This document shows positions 1 to 13,486 of a DNA stretch of 64,000 nucleotides, piece after piece. The notes under the pieces are model-generated. The model saw only the letters and a program-made list of their open reading frames with translations, did not search any database and was not told the origin of the DNA. Location: NCBI RefSeq assembly GCF_001194135.2, contig NC_068982.1, forward strand, positions 186,736,346-186,800,345, written 5' to 3'. Source of the stretch: Octopus bimaculoides (lineage: Eukaryota). How positions within the stretch are numbered: position 1 is the stretch's first letter; each line of letters starts with the position of its first letter. The position numbers and the translations under genes are program-made.

Positions 1-279
1 AAACAAACCAATGTGCTCTTTACTCTTTTCTTTGTTTTTATCATGACTGGTTTCTTTGTGTTGGTTAAACATTATTCCGCTGTCCTTGTTTTTGTCCAAC
101 ATGCTGCCGGTTTTGCGTGAAGAGTTGTTGTTGTTGCTGCTGCTGCTGCTGTTAGATCCTTCAAAGTTCCCCCAGCGACTGGCCATGCTTTGTCTTGCTT
201 CCTCCTGCCTGTGTCGAGTTTTGGCCAGCACTCTTTTATATGCCTGAGTGCAAAGCCAACATAACAGTTTCCCATCAAC
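1..279 (-). CDS. FAM76: FAM76 coding exon 5, partial (VDGKLLCWLCTQAYKRVLAKTRHRQEE...GSNSSSSSNNNNSS...), runs to or near the window edge
   Basis: Acceptor ttttgtctgacAG at 281-280; open frame to position 1. VDGKLLCWLCT matches FAM76. The 3' exon boundary cannot be fixed in this window. Confidence 0.9.
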
Positions 280-2377
280 CTGTCAGACAAAACAAAATAA
301 TCACATCATTATTATTATTTCTCTTTACAATGGTTCAGTCAGAATAATAAATCAACAACTCACACAAGTTATTCTCAATGCACCAGTATCAGAAAATTAG
401 CATGCAATAGAGAATTCATCTCAATTTAAACCAAACTACTCTAACAAAATCTTGTTTTATTCATAAAGGCAAAGCATTATATTTTTATTTAACACATTTT
501 AAGGCAGCCAGCTGACAGAATCGTTAGCACGTCTGGCAAAATGCCTAATGGTATTTCGTCTGCCGTTACGTTCTGAGTTCAAATTCTGCCGAGGTCGATT
601 TTGCCTTTCACCCCTTTCGGGGTCAATAAATTAAGTACCAGTTGAACACTGGGGTCAATGTAATCAGCTAGTCCCACCCCACCCAAATTTCAGGCTTTGT
701 TCCTTTAGTAGAAAGGTTTCACACATTTCATGTATTTCTTCTACAGCATGATCCCTGTACTTGTCTTTTTACCCTAATTTAGCCTCTCATTCCTTGGCAT
801 AAACCCACCTTCCTCTCAATAACAACCCCTTTAGTTGAGGGGTGTTTATCCTGAGAGTTACCTGATAACCTCACTAGTGCTGGTGCTATGGAAAACGCAC
901 CCAGTACACTCTGTCGGTGGTTGGCATTAGGACGGGCATCCAGCTCTAGAAACCCTAATAAAGCAGACGCTGGGGTTCAAAGTGATGCTCTAGCTCATCA
1001 GATCCTGTCAAACCATCCAACCCAAGTCAGAATGGAAGACAGACATCAAATGATGATTATTTTTGGTGAATGTTTTAATTTGTTACCATACGTTGCCAGT
1101 ACCGCCGGACTGACCCTTGTGCTGGTGCCACGTAAAAAGCACCCACTACACTCTCGGAGTGGTTGGCGTTAGGAAGGGCATCCAGCTGTAGAAACTCTGC
1201 CAGATCAGATTGGAGCCTGGTGTAGTCATTTGGTTCGCCAGTCCTCAGTCAAATCGTTCAACCCATGCCAGCATGGAAAGCGGACGTTAAAGGATGATGA
1301 TGATGACAGCCAAGAGATTATCTTTTGTTTAGCCACATACATTATTGATGTTGTTTAACTTCACATCAGCTCTGATCAAGCAGACCCACGATCAAAGATA
1401 TTCCAGCCATGGTCATAATGTTTTTAATTTCAGGTACAGTGTATCTAGGACCACATTATCCAATGTGCTTTTTTCCTCTTTTAAGGTGGTAGGGTGTGAC
1501 ATGAAGGAGATTTGGCTGTTATTTCTAACAGGTAAAGAGACCTGGTAGAGACTTCCTAGTTCTCACTCTCTCTATATGTATGAGTGTATACAATACACAT
1601 ACATTTGCAGGGTGGAGAGGACTCTTTTATCTTGTTGAAGGCAAGACAACAACTCTGGTGCATGTGCCACAAATAAAGTGCACCACAACACAGAATTCAG
1701 ATTATTTTAAAATTCACTGAATTTATTTGCAAAAGGATTAGTTTAGAGATAAAGGTTATGGTTAGAGATTTATATTTGTGTTTCAAACACTACCTTAATA
1801 CACGAATAACAAATTATATATATATATATATATATATATTTGCTTTATGAACCAGTTAAAATTGTAATTATTTTATAATCTAATTGAATCACATTGACAA
1901 CATATTCATCATCACTGTCATTTAACTTCCTATTATCCATACAGGCATAAGTCAGACATAGCTTATTCAGGAATTTTTTTTTATGGCTGGATGCTTTTCC
2001 TGTTGCCTACCCTCATCTGTTTAGTAAAGTAATACTTCTCCTTGTCCTTCAAACAGTTCAATGCCCAGACATGTTTTCAAAGCAGATTGTAAACAATGAC
2101 ACTGTTTGTATGCCAGCGTCGAAATTCTTTATCTAGCTACAACAAGGAGCCCACAAGGAAACTCCATTGTTAGGCTGTGATGTTTGCAGATTAGAGTTTT
2201 AGACGACACAATACTTATTCCTAACACCATTTTTGAACAACCAAAGAATATAAAAACTATATGCACAACACATAAACAAAATGAAAGCTTGTTTGAGTTA
2301 ATAATTAACAAGGCTGTTATTCTATAGAAATAAATATGATGAAAACCATTAAAAAGCTTTGTTTTTCAGAAACCCTA

Positions 2378-2542
<165 letters not shown>

Positions 2543-3933
2543 CTACAAACAGAGGAAAAGAGAAAGCACAAATGAAAATTAACTTTTTATTAAAAGAAAA
2601 GAAAAAAAATAAACACTCAAAGTCATTAAATATAATCTAGTTTTCAAATTTAATTGATGGCATAATTAATCAAGATATGAGCCTAAGATAATTAGAAATG
2701 TGTAATTTGTTTGTTCCTCTTTTGAAGTTCATTACAAGCATGGGTTTTGAAGCAAGGTTTGACAGCAGGATGCTCTTTCTGTCACCAACCTCCTAATCTA
2801 TTTTGCAAGGGATTTCTTTATTTCACAGATCTTTAAAAGTGCAGAGTAACAGGCTGTGATGAAGAACATCAACATCAGCATCCACACTTTGTTTAAGCAA
2901 AGACGACACAGGTTCCAGTCGATCCAATCAATGGAACGGCCTGCTTGGGAAATCAATGTGTAAGTGGCTGAGCACTCCACAGACACATGTACCCTTAACA
3001 TAGTTCTCAGGGAGATTCAGTGTGACAAGGCTGGCCCTTTGAAATACAGGTACAACTCATTTTTGCCAGCTGAGTGGATTGGAGCAACGTGAAATAAAGC
3101 ATCTTGCTCAAGGACACAATGTGCTGCCGGGAATCAAACTCATGGCCTTATGGTTGTGACCTGAATACCCTAACAAATTCCCTCACAAGGCACTGGTCAG
3201 CTCATGGCTATAGTAGAAACCCTCTTCCCAAGTGGTTGCCAAAACAAACTTCTACATCACACAGCCATGCTTGCACTATACAATATGATGCAATAACTTC
3301 AATCATCATCATCAGCGTCCATTGTCCATGCTGGCACGGATTGACCAGCGTTGGCAAGCTGGAAGGCTGCACCAGGCTCCAGTCTGATTTGGCATGGTTT
3401 CTATGGCTGGATGCCTTTCCTAATGCCAACCACTCTGAGAGTGTAATGGGTGCTTTTTACGTGCCACTGGCAGGAACCAGTCAGGCGGGCCTGGCATCGA
3501 TCACAATCAGATAGTGCCTCTTATGTNNNNNNNNNNGTGTAATGGGTGCTTTTTACGTGCCACTGGCAGGAACCAGTCAGGCGGGCCTGGCATCGATCAC
3601 AATCAGATAGTGCCTCTTATGTGCCACCGACACGGGAGCCAGTCACGGGGTATTGGCATCAGCCACATTCGGATGGTGCTTTTTTGTGCCACAGGGACAG
3701 GAGCCAGTCAGGTAGGCCTGGTATCAACCACGTTTGGATGGTACTTTTTACGTACCCCTGGCACGGGAGCCAGTCAGGGGGATACTGGTCACAGCTACAA
3801 TATTGGTTTTTCTTGGCTCAACAGGTCTTCTCAAGCACATCATATCACCCAATGCATGAGGGGTATTCTTAACAGGGCCAGACATGCATTATTAAGAAAT
3901 CTAAAATTGAAAATGCCAGTGGCAATACATTAC

Positions 3934-3994
3934 CTTTCCATATATTTTCACATTGTGTGCACACTTCTTGCAGATGGAATTTGTGCTGCTTTTG
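3934..3994 (-). CDS. FAM76: FAM76 coding exon 3 (S-KSSTNSICKKCAHNVKIYGK)
   Basis: Acceptor ttccAG, donor AAG|GTAATG, 61 nt (phase 2 to 0). Completes the AG|C Ser codon from exon 2 and matches FAM76 SKTNTICKKCAQNVK. Confidence 0.95.
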
Positions 3995-5115
3995 CTGGAA
4001 TATATAATGGTTAGAATTTGCACTAACAGAACTGAAAAGTTTGATAAAAATAATTTAAAGCAAATAAATTTTAGAGGCTGCATATATCTAAATTGAAACT
4101 ATATGTTAACAATGCAATGAAAGTAAGTTTTACACAACAGACGACTTAGAGAACCGGTTCTCTGACAGACCTAAGCAAAAAATAACAGTAAATTTCTTGT
4201 ACTCTTCTGGCATCTTATTGAAAAATAGATACTGATTAAAAATCGATTTTTTAAAAAACCCCAAGTGTGTAAGTGACCACATGGGCATAAGCCTCACACA
4301 CATGTCAAGTTTCATCAAGGTCTGTTGGATAGTCTCAGAAGAGTTAAAGTAACAAATTCACAAACACTCAAACTTGCCATTTATTATTATAGATTACATA
4401 TGTAGATCCTAGCAGAATATAGAATAATCCTTTCTACTATAGGTACAAGGCTTGAAAATTTGGGGGAGGGGGCTGGTTGATTACACCAGCTCCAGTACTC
4501 AACTGGTACTTAGTTTATCAACCTTGAAAAGATGAAAGGCTAAGTTGATCTAGGCAGAATTTGAACTCAGAATGTCTTTAAGACAGGCAGACAAAATACT
4601 GCTAAGCATTTTGCCTGGTGCACTAACAATTCTGCCAGCTCGCCACCTTAGCAAAATACAGAATAATATTATGTCATTCATCCTTCATGTCTCTGAAGAT
4701 GGCCATATTAGCAGCTTTATTCTTGTGGGTCCTCAGGTGACTTATTAGGCTAGCATTAGCATAAAATCCAGTCAAAATGGGGACATACAATAGTAGAATT
4801 AGGAGCTGGTGGGCTCTTGCTTTCTATGCAGCCCTCCTCTCTTCAGTTTCTCTGGTCATATCAGATTCAAAACAGTGTACTCCAGAGTACACAGCACTGA
4901 CCAATCTTGACCAAGATGTTCCCAAGTTACACTTTTGCAAGGTTGTCACGTCTTTGGTTCACCACATTACCAAAAGTCGATTACTAGTTCACCAAAGAAA
5001 ATCTGTTTTGGAAAGAGTTGGGCAGGAGCACTACATGTGCATTCCACAGCAATTGGTATTTACTTAGGGAGGAAAGCATACATGCCTGACATATTAGCTC
5101 TCTCTCTCTCTAGCC

Positions 5116-5503
5116 CAGAAGTAATATCATAGATAATAAGAGTTTCTAATATTGGCACAAAACCTGAAATTTTAGGGGAAGGAAAGCACTGGTTGTGGTA
5201 CCACGTAAAAAGCACCCAGTACAGTCTGTAAAGTGGTTGGTGTTAGGAAGGGCATCCAGCTGTAGAAACAATGCCAAAACGGACAGTGGAACCTGGTGGG
5301 GCCCCTGACCTTTCCAGCTCCTGTCAAACCATCCAGCCCATGCTAGCGTGGAAAACTGATGGTAAACGATGATGACGGTGATGGTGATGGAGCCCTGCCT
5401 CCCACACAGTATTTGATTGGTACTTTACTAAAAAAAAAAAAATGAAAGGTAAAATTGACCTTGCGAGTAGTTGAGCTGAGAACATAGTAATCTGACTTAA
5501 TAC
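5116..5503 (+). repeat. Composite SINE-derived segment duplicated at 7443-7802
   Basis: Both copies share the same order of sub-segments and the same junctions (agaagtaatatcatagataataag ... gagctgagaacatagtaatc). Confidence 0.85.
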
Positions 5504-6131
5504 CACAAGGCACTTAATCTGATATTCTAACAATGCTACTCTTTGTGACAATGATGGTGATTAGAACAGCAATTTAAAATCCAGGCACAAGGCCAGCAAT
5601 TTTGAGGGTGCCACTGGCACATAAAAAGCACCATTCGAAGGTGGCCGATGCCAGCGCTGCCTTGACTGGTTCCCATGCTGGTGGCACGTAAAAGCACCAT
5701 CCAAATGTGGTCGATGCCAGCCCCCTCTGGCCCCTGTGCCGGTGGCACATAAAAAGCACCCACTACATTCTCAGAGTGGTTGGCATTAGGAAGGGCATCC
5801 AGTTGTAGAAACACTGCCAGATCAGACTGGAGCCTGGTGCAGCCTCCTGGCTTCCCAGTTGAACCGTCCAACCCATGCCAGCATGGAAAATGGACGTTAA
5901 ATGATGATGAAATTTTCAGTACTCTTAACAGCTACTTTATTGTATCAATTCTGGAGGAATGAAAGGTTCAGCTAACCTCAGCAGGATTTGAACTCAGAAC
6001 ATAGAATGGTGTACCTAAATATCATAAAGCATTTAGTCTGACACTCTTAATGATTCTAGGTAATCCATTACCTAAATAGATGATGATGATGACGAGGACA
6101 ATGACGATGATGGTAAAAGTGAAAGAAATAC

Positions 6132-6196
6132 CTGTCTTGTTGAAATTCTGATCGACAATATGTACATTTCACGATAGGAAAGTTATTCCGGCATTC
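6132..6196 (-). CDS. FAM76: FAM76 coding exon 2 ([21 protein letters not shown] + 2 nt)
   Basis: Acceptor ttttatcttttAG, donor AG|GTATTT, 65 nt (phase 0 to 2). Continues exon 1 in frame and matches FAM76 [21 protein letters not shown]. Confidence 0.95.
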
Positions 6197-6333
6197 CTAA
6201 AAGATAAAAAAAATATTATAATATATAACCAAGAATTAAATTCTTAATTTGGTTGTACAATTGCTTCAGAGTTCCTTCCCTTTAATAACTAATACATGCT
6301 TGCTATAAAAACAAACAGCATAGACACAGAGTC

Positions 6334-6420
6334 CAGTGACCCCTCGACTATCACAGGTGTTATGTTCCACGCCTCCCCCCTCATAGGTGAAAATCCAAAG
6401 TAGAAACAGTATTGTATATT
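6334..6420 (+). mobile_element. Tigger/pogo-like DNA transposon end fragment
   Basis: CAGTGACCCCTCGACTATC...GTTATGTTCC resembles Tigger-type terminal repeats; only one end is seen. Confidence 0.4.
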
Positions 6421-7038
6421 TTTTTTATTAGACACCAATATCAAAATCAAATCAAATGGAAATTGTAGTTGTGACACCTGTGCCAATGGCACATAAAAAG
6501 CACCATTCAAATGTGGCCGATGCCAGTGCCACCTTAACTGGCTTCCAGGCCTGTGGCACATAAAAAGCACCATCCAACCGTAGCCGATGCCAGCTACCCT
6601 GGCCCCTGTGCTGGTGGAATGTAAAAAGTACCCATTACACTCTCGGAATGGTTGGCATTAGGAATGGGCATCCAGCTGTAGAAACACTGCCAGATCAGAT
6701 TGGAACCTGGTGCAGCCTCCTGGCTTCCCAGACCCCAGTTGAACCGTCCAATCCATGCCAGCATGGAAAATGGACATTAAACGATGATGATGATGATTTT
6801 TATAATTTGTATATATTTATTTTGTAATAAATGCAAAACAACACGACAGAGGAATCGGCATAAGCTTAAATAATAAATCGTGATATGGCGAGGGATTACT
6901 GTACTGGGTTTAATCCTACAGCTTGGCATATTGAGTACAGAGAGTCTTTTATTGTAGCCTAGTGTTAACCAATATCTTGCAAGTGGAATTTAGTAGATGG
7001 AAACCATGCTGAAGTTCTTAGTATGCATGTGTATATTT

Positions 7039-7282
7039 CAGGGCTGTGGAGTCGTTAACAATTAAGGGTAGCTGGAGTCAGAGTCAGTAGAAGTATACTC
7101 ACAATGTCTTTATTCTTTAATATAAACCAGTTAGAAGATAGAGGCCTACTCAAAGTACAAAGGCATGCATATGCTTTATGAGATATGTAGACCACAATCA
7201 CTTAATTACATCAACAGGAGTCGGAGTCAGAGGTGCCAATAGAGTTGGAGTCAAAGTTTTTTGTTTCGATTCCACAGCCCTG
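7039..7282. mobile_element. hAT-type MITE, 244 bp
   Basis: TIRs CAGGGCTGTGGAGTCG / CGATTCCACAGCCCTG and a perfect 8-bp TSD GTATATTT at 7031-7038 and 7283-7290. Confidence 0.85.
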
Positions 7283-7442
7283 GTATATTTTTATGCTTTT
7301 GTATCTGTTTAAACTGGTTTGTAAACCAGTATTCTTTATGTGGCCCCTTGATGTCTTCTAACTTAGCAGTTCAACAATTAGAAATTGATAAAATAGCCAA
7401 ATGAAATCATCAGTGAAGGTGACATGGAAGTAGTGCCCTTGT

Positions 7443-7802
7443 AGAAGTAATATCATAGATAATAAGAGGTTCTAATATTAGCACAAAACCTGAACTTTTA
7501 GGGGAAGGAAAGCACTGGTTGTGGTGCCACAGCCTGTAAAGTGGTTGGTGTTAGGAAGGGCATCCAGCTGTAGAAACCCTGCCAAAACGGACAGTGGAAC
7601 CTGGTGGGGCCCATGACCTTTCCAGCTCCTGTCAAACCATCAGGCCCATGCTAGCATGGAAAACAGGTGTTAAACGATGATGATGGTGATGGAACCCTGC
7701 CTCCCACACAGTATTTGATTGGTACTTGACTCAAAAAAAAAATGAAAGGTAAAATTGACCTTGGGTATAGTTGAGCTGAGAACATAGTAATCCAACTTAA
7801 TA
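7443..7802 (+). repeat. Second copy of the 5116-5503 composite segment
   Basis: Direct alignment to 5116-5503. Confidence 0.85.
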
Positions 7803-9479
7803 ACAATCAATATATAAAAAGGATGAGCCATGTTAACAGTAAAAACTATGCACTGAGGTATATTCAGAATTGCAAATATATCAATATTTGAGATGGCATA
7901 ACCAATCAAGTTAACGATTTTGGATGATCAAATTATTTCATTTCAAACAGGTTAATGTTTGGAGGTGATGAACAAAAAATTGTCAATTTCAACCATTTCT
8001 TTCAGTAGATGAAACAATTTTAGTTGTGAAAGCTAGATTCACTGATGCCGTATTCTTCATGTTAATGGTGAAAACAAAATATTGATCTGTTCACTGGTGG
8101 TGTTTGACATGAAATTCTTGCTAAATATATCACAGACGTTAACAACTTCTCCATCGGCCAATCTATTATAGTCAGGACTGGGGAATCAATACACAAAACT
8201 TTCAACTGATTCCAACTCATCAATTTCTGCTGCCATCAATTCTATTTGTAATTAGAATAATTGACACATTTCAACATGCATGGCCAAGATGCATTATCAG
8301 GTTATTATATGTTAGCATCCTACCCTGTTGTGGTGTTTACTAAACCTTTCATTACCATATTTCTGTGGACTCACACTAGTTTTGTGTAAATTAATTTCGA
8401 AAAGGATGAAGAATTTAGTAAAATAATTATGTTGTTATCAAGTTCATGTTTGGGACATGAATCCTGAAGGTAAGGTTTTAATTTAGATCACTTTAAAACA
8501 GGAGGTTTATATCAGAGAACCAGGAGTGGGTTAAAAAAGTTAGAAACATAAAACAAATTTTTAAAAAGAACTTTTTCTTTTTTTAAATCAAAAAGCTACA
8601 GAGTAATAGAAACAAGAGCACTCAGAGAGCGTGAATCTCTGCCAAGGCCAACACCAATGTCCTCTCAACGATTAGCCAGAGATGATTTTTAAAATGAGAA
8701 TCTCTGAAATAAACTCGACTGCTCTCACAAACGAGAATACTGAAAATGAACCTGACTGCTCTCAAAAACTAAGTAAAAAAATGGAAAAATAATCGAGGAC
8801 CATTAAGAAATATAGACAAGGAAAGCAACCAGACCATCAGGGATAGTTACTGAGACACTGAAATATACAGTTTTGTAGGACATAAGCTTGTCAGTCTTGA
8901 TGTACAGGGAGGTGTCAGTCCTAATGACTGATGGAGCAGAGTCTCATCACTGTTACAAAGACAAAGAAAAAACTCTAAAGAAGCAACTGCATCAGTTCAT
9001 AAAAGCAAGTGTTTACACTGGTAAACACTAACACACACACATGGTTCTTGTCAACCAGTTTTTACTGACAAAGCATTGGTCAAGCCAAGTTTATGGTAGG
9101 AGACACCTAAGGTGATGTGCAATATAAATGAACCTGGAACCAGATGGTTTGGAAGAAAACTGCTTAATCACACAGCCATGTTTACATTTACTTACAAAAT
9201 ATTTTATAAAATAAAAGAAGCAAACACATGAAATTAATGGACCAAGTTATGAAAGATGTAGAAAACAGAGCAGAGTTAATTAGAAAGAGAATTAGCTAAG
9301 ATGGGACAGTTGGGGTTTAGCATCTATACCCTCTTCTTAATGAGACAACTAAAGATGTTTTGTTTTGGGATTTGCAAGATTCTTTATGTGAGTTCATGTG
9401 TTGAAGCATATTTCGTTGTATCTGGAGAGAGACATTCTCTTTTAGTGCCTAACACACTCACCGGTAAAGTTTCTACTCA

Positions 9480-9780
9480 TTTACTTATTGATATGCCCGA
9501 AAATGCTCGATGGGTTAAATGATAAGGCACGAAAAGAGAATGACCCTCCCCAGACACAATAAAGGAGATGCTTTTAGCTAAATCATTATACTGAGCTTTT
9601 GCTGACCTGTAGAAGGCCTTTGACAAGGTTTCACAATCTGTAGTCTGGTGGCCACAAACAAAATTAAGTGAAGAGGAATACCAAAGGTCAGTGAAAGCCA
9701 TGTACAGAGATGCTTTCAAAAAGGTGTCAGTAATGAGAGTTGCAAAGAATTCAGGAAGCAAGTAGGGCCCAGCATCCTTC
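9480..9780 (+). mobile_element. RTE LINE reverse-transcriptase fragment, degraded
   Basis: Aligns with the RT segments at 20600-20900 and 29560-29800 (DL.KAFD-type region). Confidence 0.65.
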
Positions 9781-10289
9781 TGATTTACAAAAGTTCTTCA
9801 CAACTTTTTGCTTTCAAAACATGTCTTTATTTATACAGGGACCTTTGAATATACAGAAATGTCACTCCTTTATTAATTTCACTAAGTGGGACACAACTAT
9901 CAATGTATCTAATCAACTATATAAACCCCAATACCCAGTCTGGTAGATTTTTATCAAACAGCTAAGTTTACCAGAGTTAGGTGTGGCTGTGTGGAAAGAA
10001 GCTTGCTTCCCAAGCACATAGTTCTAGGTTAAGTCCCTCTGAGTGACCCCTTGAGCAAGTGTCTTTCACTATAGACTCTGGCTGACCAAAGCCTTGTGAG
10101 TGGATTTGGTAAGCAGAAACTGAAAGAAGCACTTCGTGTGTGTGTCTTTGTCTCCCACTGCCACTTAACAATCAGTGTTGATTTGTTTATGCTTCAGTAA
10201 TTTCTCCATAACAACCCACTATAAAACTTAATTACCACTGCATTCAAACCTACACACCCAAGGAAGATTTCAACTCAACAGAAAATATA

Positions 10290-10855
10290 TGAGGGTGAGT
10301 CAAAAAGTAATGCCATTTTGTTTAGGACAGGTATAATTACCAACATAGGAACATGTATCATACATCAAAATGAAGCTGGTCCTCTGTGGATCACATCCCT
10401 ACTTCTCAACATAGTCACCGTTTCTCTCAATAGCAATGTTCCACCTTCGAGTGAGAGCATGTATCCCTGCCCCGTAAAATTCTGTTGACTGTTCTTTGAG
10501 CCACTTCTTCACTACAGTTTTCACTTCCTCGTCACTGGAATAATGTTTGCCTCTCAAACCCTTTTTCATGGGGCCGAAGAGATGATAATCCAGTGACAAT
10601 GATAGTCCAGTGACGAAGAAATGAAAACTCTAGTGAAGAAGTGGCTCAAAGAACAGTCAACAGAATTTTACGGGGCAGGGATACATGCTCTCATTCGAAG
10701 GTAGAACATTGCTATTGAGAGAAACGGTGACCATGTTCAGGAGTAGGGATGTGATCCACAGAGGACCAGCTTCCTTTTGATGTATAATACATGTTCCTGT
10801 GTTGGTAATTATACCTGTCCTAAACAAAATGGCATTACCTTTTGACTCACCCTTG
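10290..10855. mobile_element. Mariner-derived fold-back element made of two inverted copies of the transposase 3' end
   Basis: TIRs GAGGGTGAGTCAAAAAGTAATGCC / GGCATTACCTTTTGACTCACCC with TA at both ends. The minus frame encodes DYHLFGPMKKGLRGKHYSSDEEVK...WNIAIERNGDYVEK (Mariner C-terminus). Arms about 10290-10539 and 10606-10855. Confidence 0.9.
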
Positions 10856-13453
10856 TACAAAGCTAAGATTAACTTCAATGCATCGCAGTCTGATAATGGC
10901 TCAACTGGATGAAACTATACAGTCACTGTCAATAATGTTCTTGTTTAAGAATAATCTATCTTCTTCATCATCATTTAACGTCCGCTTTCCATGCTGGCAT
11001 GGGTTGGTTGGTTTGACTGAAGACTGGCAAACCAGGAGGCTGCACCAGCCACCAGTCTGATCTGTCAAGGTTTCTACAGTTGGATGCCCATCCTAGTGCC
11101 AACCACTCCGAGAGTGTAGAGGGTGTTTTTTTACATGCCACCAGCACAGGGGGCAGTCAGGTGGCACTGGCATCGACCATGCTTGAATGGTGATTTTTAC
11201 GTACCACCGGCATGGGAGCCAATCAGGCAGCACTGGCATCAACTACATTCATATGGTGCTTTTTATGTGCCACCAGCATGGGTACCAGTCAGGCGGTACT
11301 GGTTTCGGCCACAATAATATATATACTGCAGGCATAGCTGTGTGGTAAGAAGTTTGCTTCACAACCACAATCCCCCTGGTAAAACATCCATTGATCTTAT
11401 ATTGCCTGAAGAAATGAATCCATGAAGATGATCAACCTGATGGCCACGGATACTACGGACTACACTAACCATCCCAGAGACATGTGGTGTGTGGAAACGT
11501 GCATAGCGATGCATTAAATGTTTATAAATACCATCCAAGGATTATTGTTATTATTACTATATATATGTGTGTGTGTATATATATATATATATAGATAGAT
11601 TGCAGGCATGGCTGTGGTAAGAAGCTTGCTTTGCAACCACATGGTTCTGGGTTCAGCCCCACTGTGTGGCACTTTGGACAAGTGTCTTCCACTACAGCCT
11701 GGAGCCAACCAAAGCCTTGTGAGTGGAGTTGGTAGACAGAAAATGGAAGAAGCCCATTGTATATATATATATATACATCTATGTGTTTTTGTATCTGTTT
11801 GCTCTCCACCATCGCTTGGCAACCGTTGTTGGTGTGTTTACGTCCCTGTAACAGCGGTTGGGCAAAAGATATCGATAGAATAAGTACCAGGCTTAACAAA
11901 CAAAAGAAAAAAAGTACTGCGGTCGATTCATTCGGCTAAAAAATTTTCAAGGCAGTGCACCAGCATGGCCGCACTCAAATGACCAAAAGAAAAGAATATA
12001 TAAAACCGATGTTGGTGTGTTTACATCCCCGTAATTTAGCAGTTCGGGCAAAAGAGACCGATAGAATAAGTACTAGGCTTACAAAGAATAAGTCATGGGG
12101 TCGATTTGCTCGACTAAAGGCGATGCTCCAGCATGGCCGCAGTCAAATGACTGAAACAAGGAAAAGAATAAAAGAATATATATATATATATGCACACAAG
12201 TTTCCAGTTTCTATAAAATTTCAATCGGAAGGCATTGTTCAATCCAAGGTCGGGTCGTAGTAAGAGACATCAGTCCCAACTGCTGCACAGCAGGATATGA
12301 CAGGGAACCACTGTTTACAAGGTAAACTTCTTAATGACTCCAACCGTACCAGTACCCATTTTGTAAATAAACGTAGTCTTACTTTGAATGAAGACTACAG
12401 CTATAGAACTGAGATGTCTCAGCTCAATAGAAAGGAGCAATCAATTCTAACGTCTCCCAGTACTTAATCGATACTTCATTTTATCGACCCCGCCCCCACG
12501 AAGCACCTTGGAACGAATAGATCCAGAAAATAAACGCTTTTAGTCCTAAGACTCATAGAGCTGGTTATCCGGTGTCTGTGGCGTCTAAGCGACCGAGATC
12601 AGGGCATTTCCTTTCGAATACAAGTGGATTGGAGCGACGCGAAATGAGTTTTGTACAAGAACACAATGCACTGCCCGATCTGGGAATCTAAACCTCGATG
12701 TTGTGATCATGAGTGTACCACCCTAACCACAAGGCCACGCGCCTTCCAGAACATAAGAAGCTGTAAACTAAAATACCACAAGGAATTTTGCCTGACGCTC
12801 CAACGATTCTGTCAATAATTGCTAACAGAGATGCAAAATCCAGAGATTCGGGACGGAGCTAGAGGACAGGCGTTTAAATAAATCCATCCCCCGTATGACT
12901 GATGCTTCTATATCATCAGGCCCGGACGGATGAAAGATAAAGTGGACCCAAAAAAGCACCAGAGAATTTAATGCAGAAGATGGTAAACAAAAAAAAGTAA
13001 AACGTAATTCGCCGTAATTTCATACATTTCTGAAACTGAAATTGGCGCTAAATGTAAAAATGTTGGAAGCCAGCAGGCAAAACTGGTCGAAAACAATAGA
13101 AAGTAGAGCAAATACGAACTATCTTAGTCTGTCGTCATATTTCTACAAACGGTTATTAATCAACAAAAATACTAAGAGAATGGCTTCGTTACAGTGCGTG
13201 TACGCGCTCTAATAAATGGTGGGGTTCGTTTGTTTATTTGTTCTACAAATTCAGAAGCATAAACAATGTTGATTACAACTGCTAACTTTCCCACCAATCC
13301 TATTTTTACAGTCTTATATAATAAACACTGTGGGATAGTCTGATTACGTGGAGAAATAAACAGGAGGGTCACGATTGAAATGACTTCTTAAATAGGTATG
13401 CGTGATCAGGGTACGACATGGGCGGCTGGCTGCATCACGCAGTTTGGAAACAT

Positions 13454-13486
<33 letters not shown>

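Noticed and set aside
56-247. Plus-strand poly-Leu ORF resembling a signal or membrane peptide
   Set aside because: It is the antisense reading of the FAM76 exon 5 Ser/Asn tract.
3450-3620. Apparent tandem duplication of about 85 bp around the 10-N gap
   Set aside because: Identical sequence on both sides of the gap indicates unmerged overlapping contig ends. The same applies at 34975-35075.
7960-8240. Minus-strand acidic reading (MAAEIDELESVESF...), possibly a piggyBac-like remnant
   Set aside because: Multiple stops, no splice sites fitting FAM76, and similarity too weak to name.
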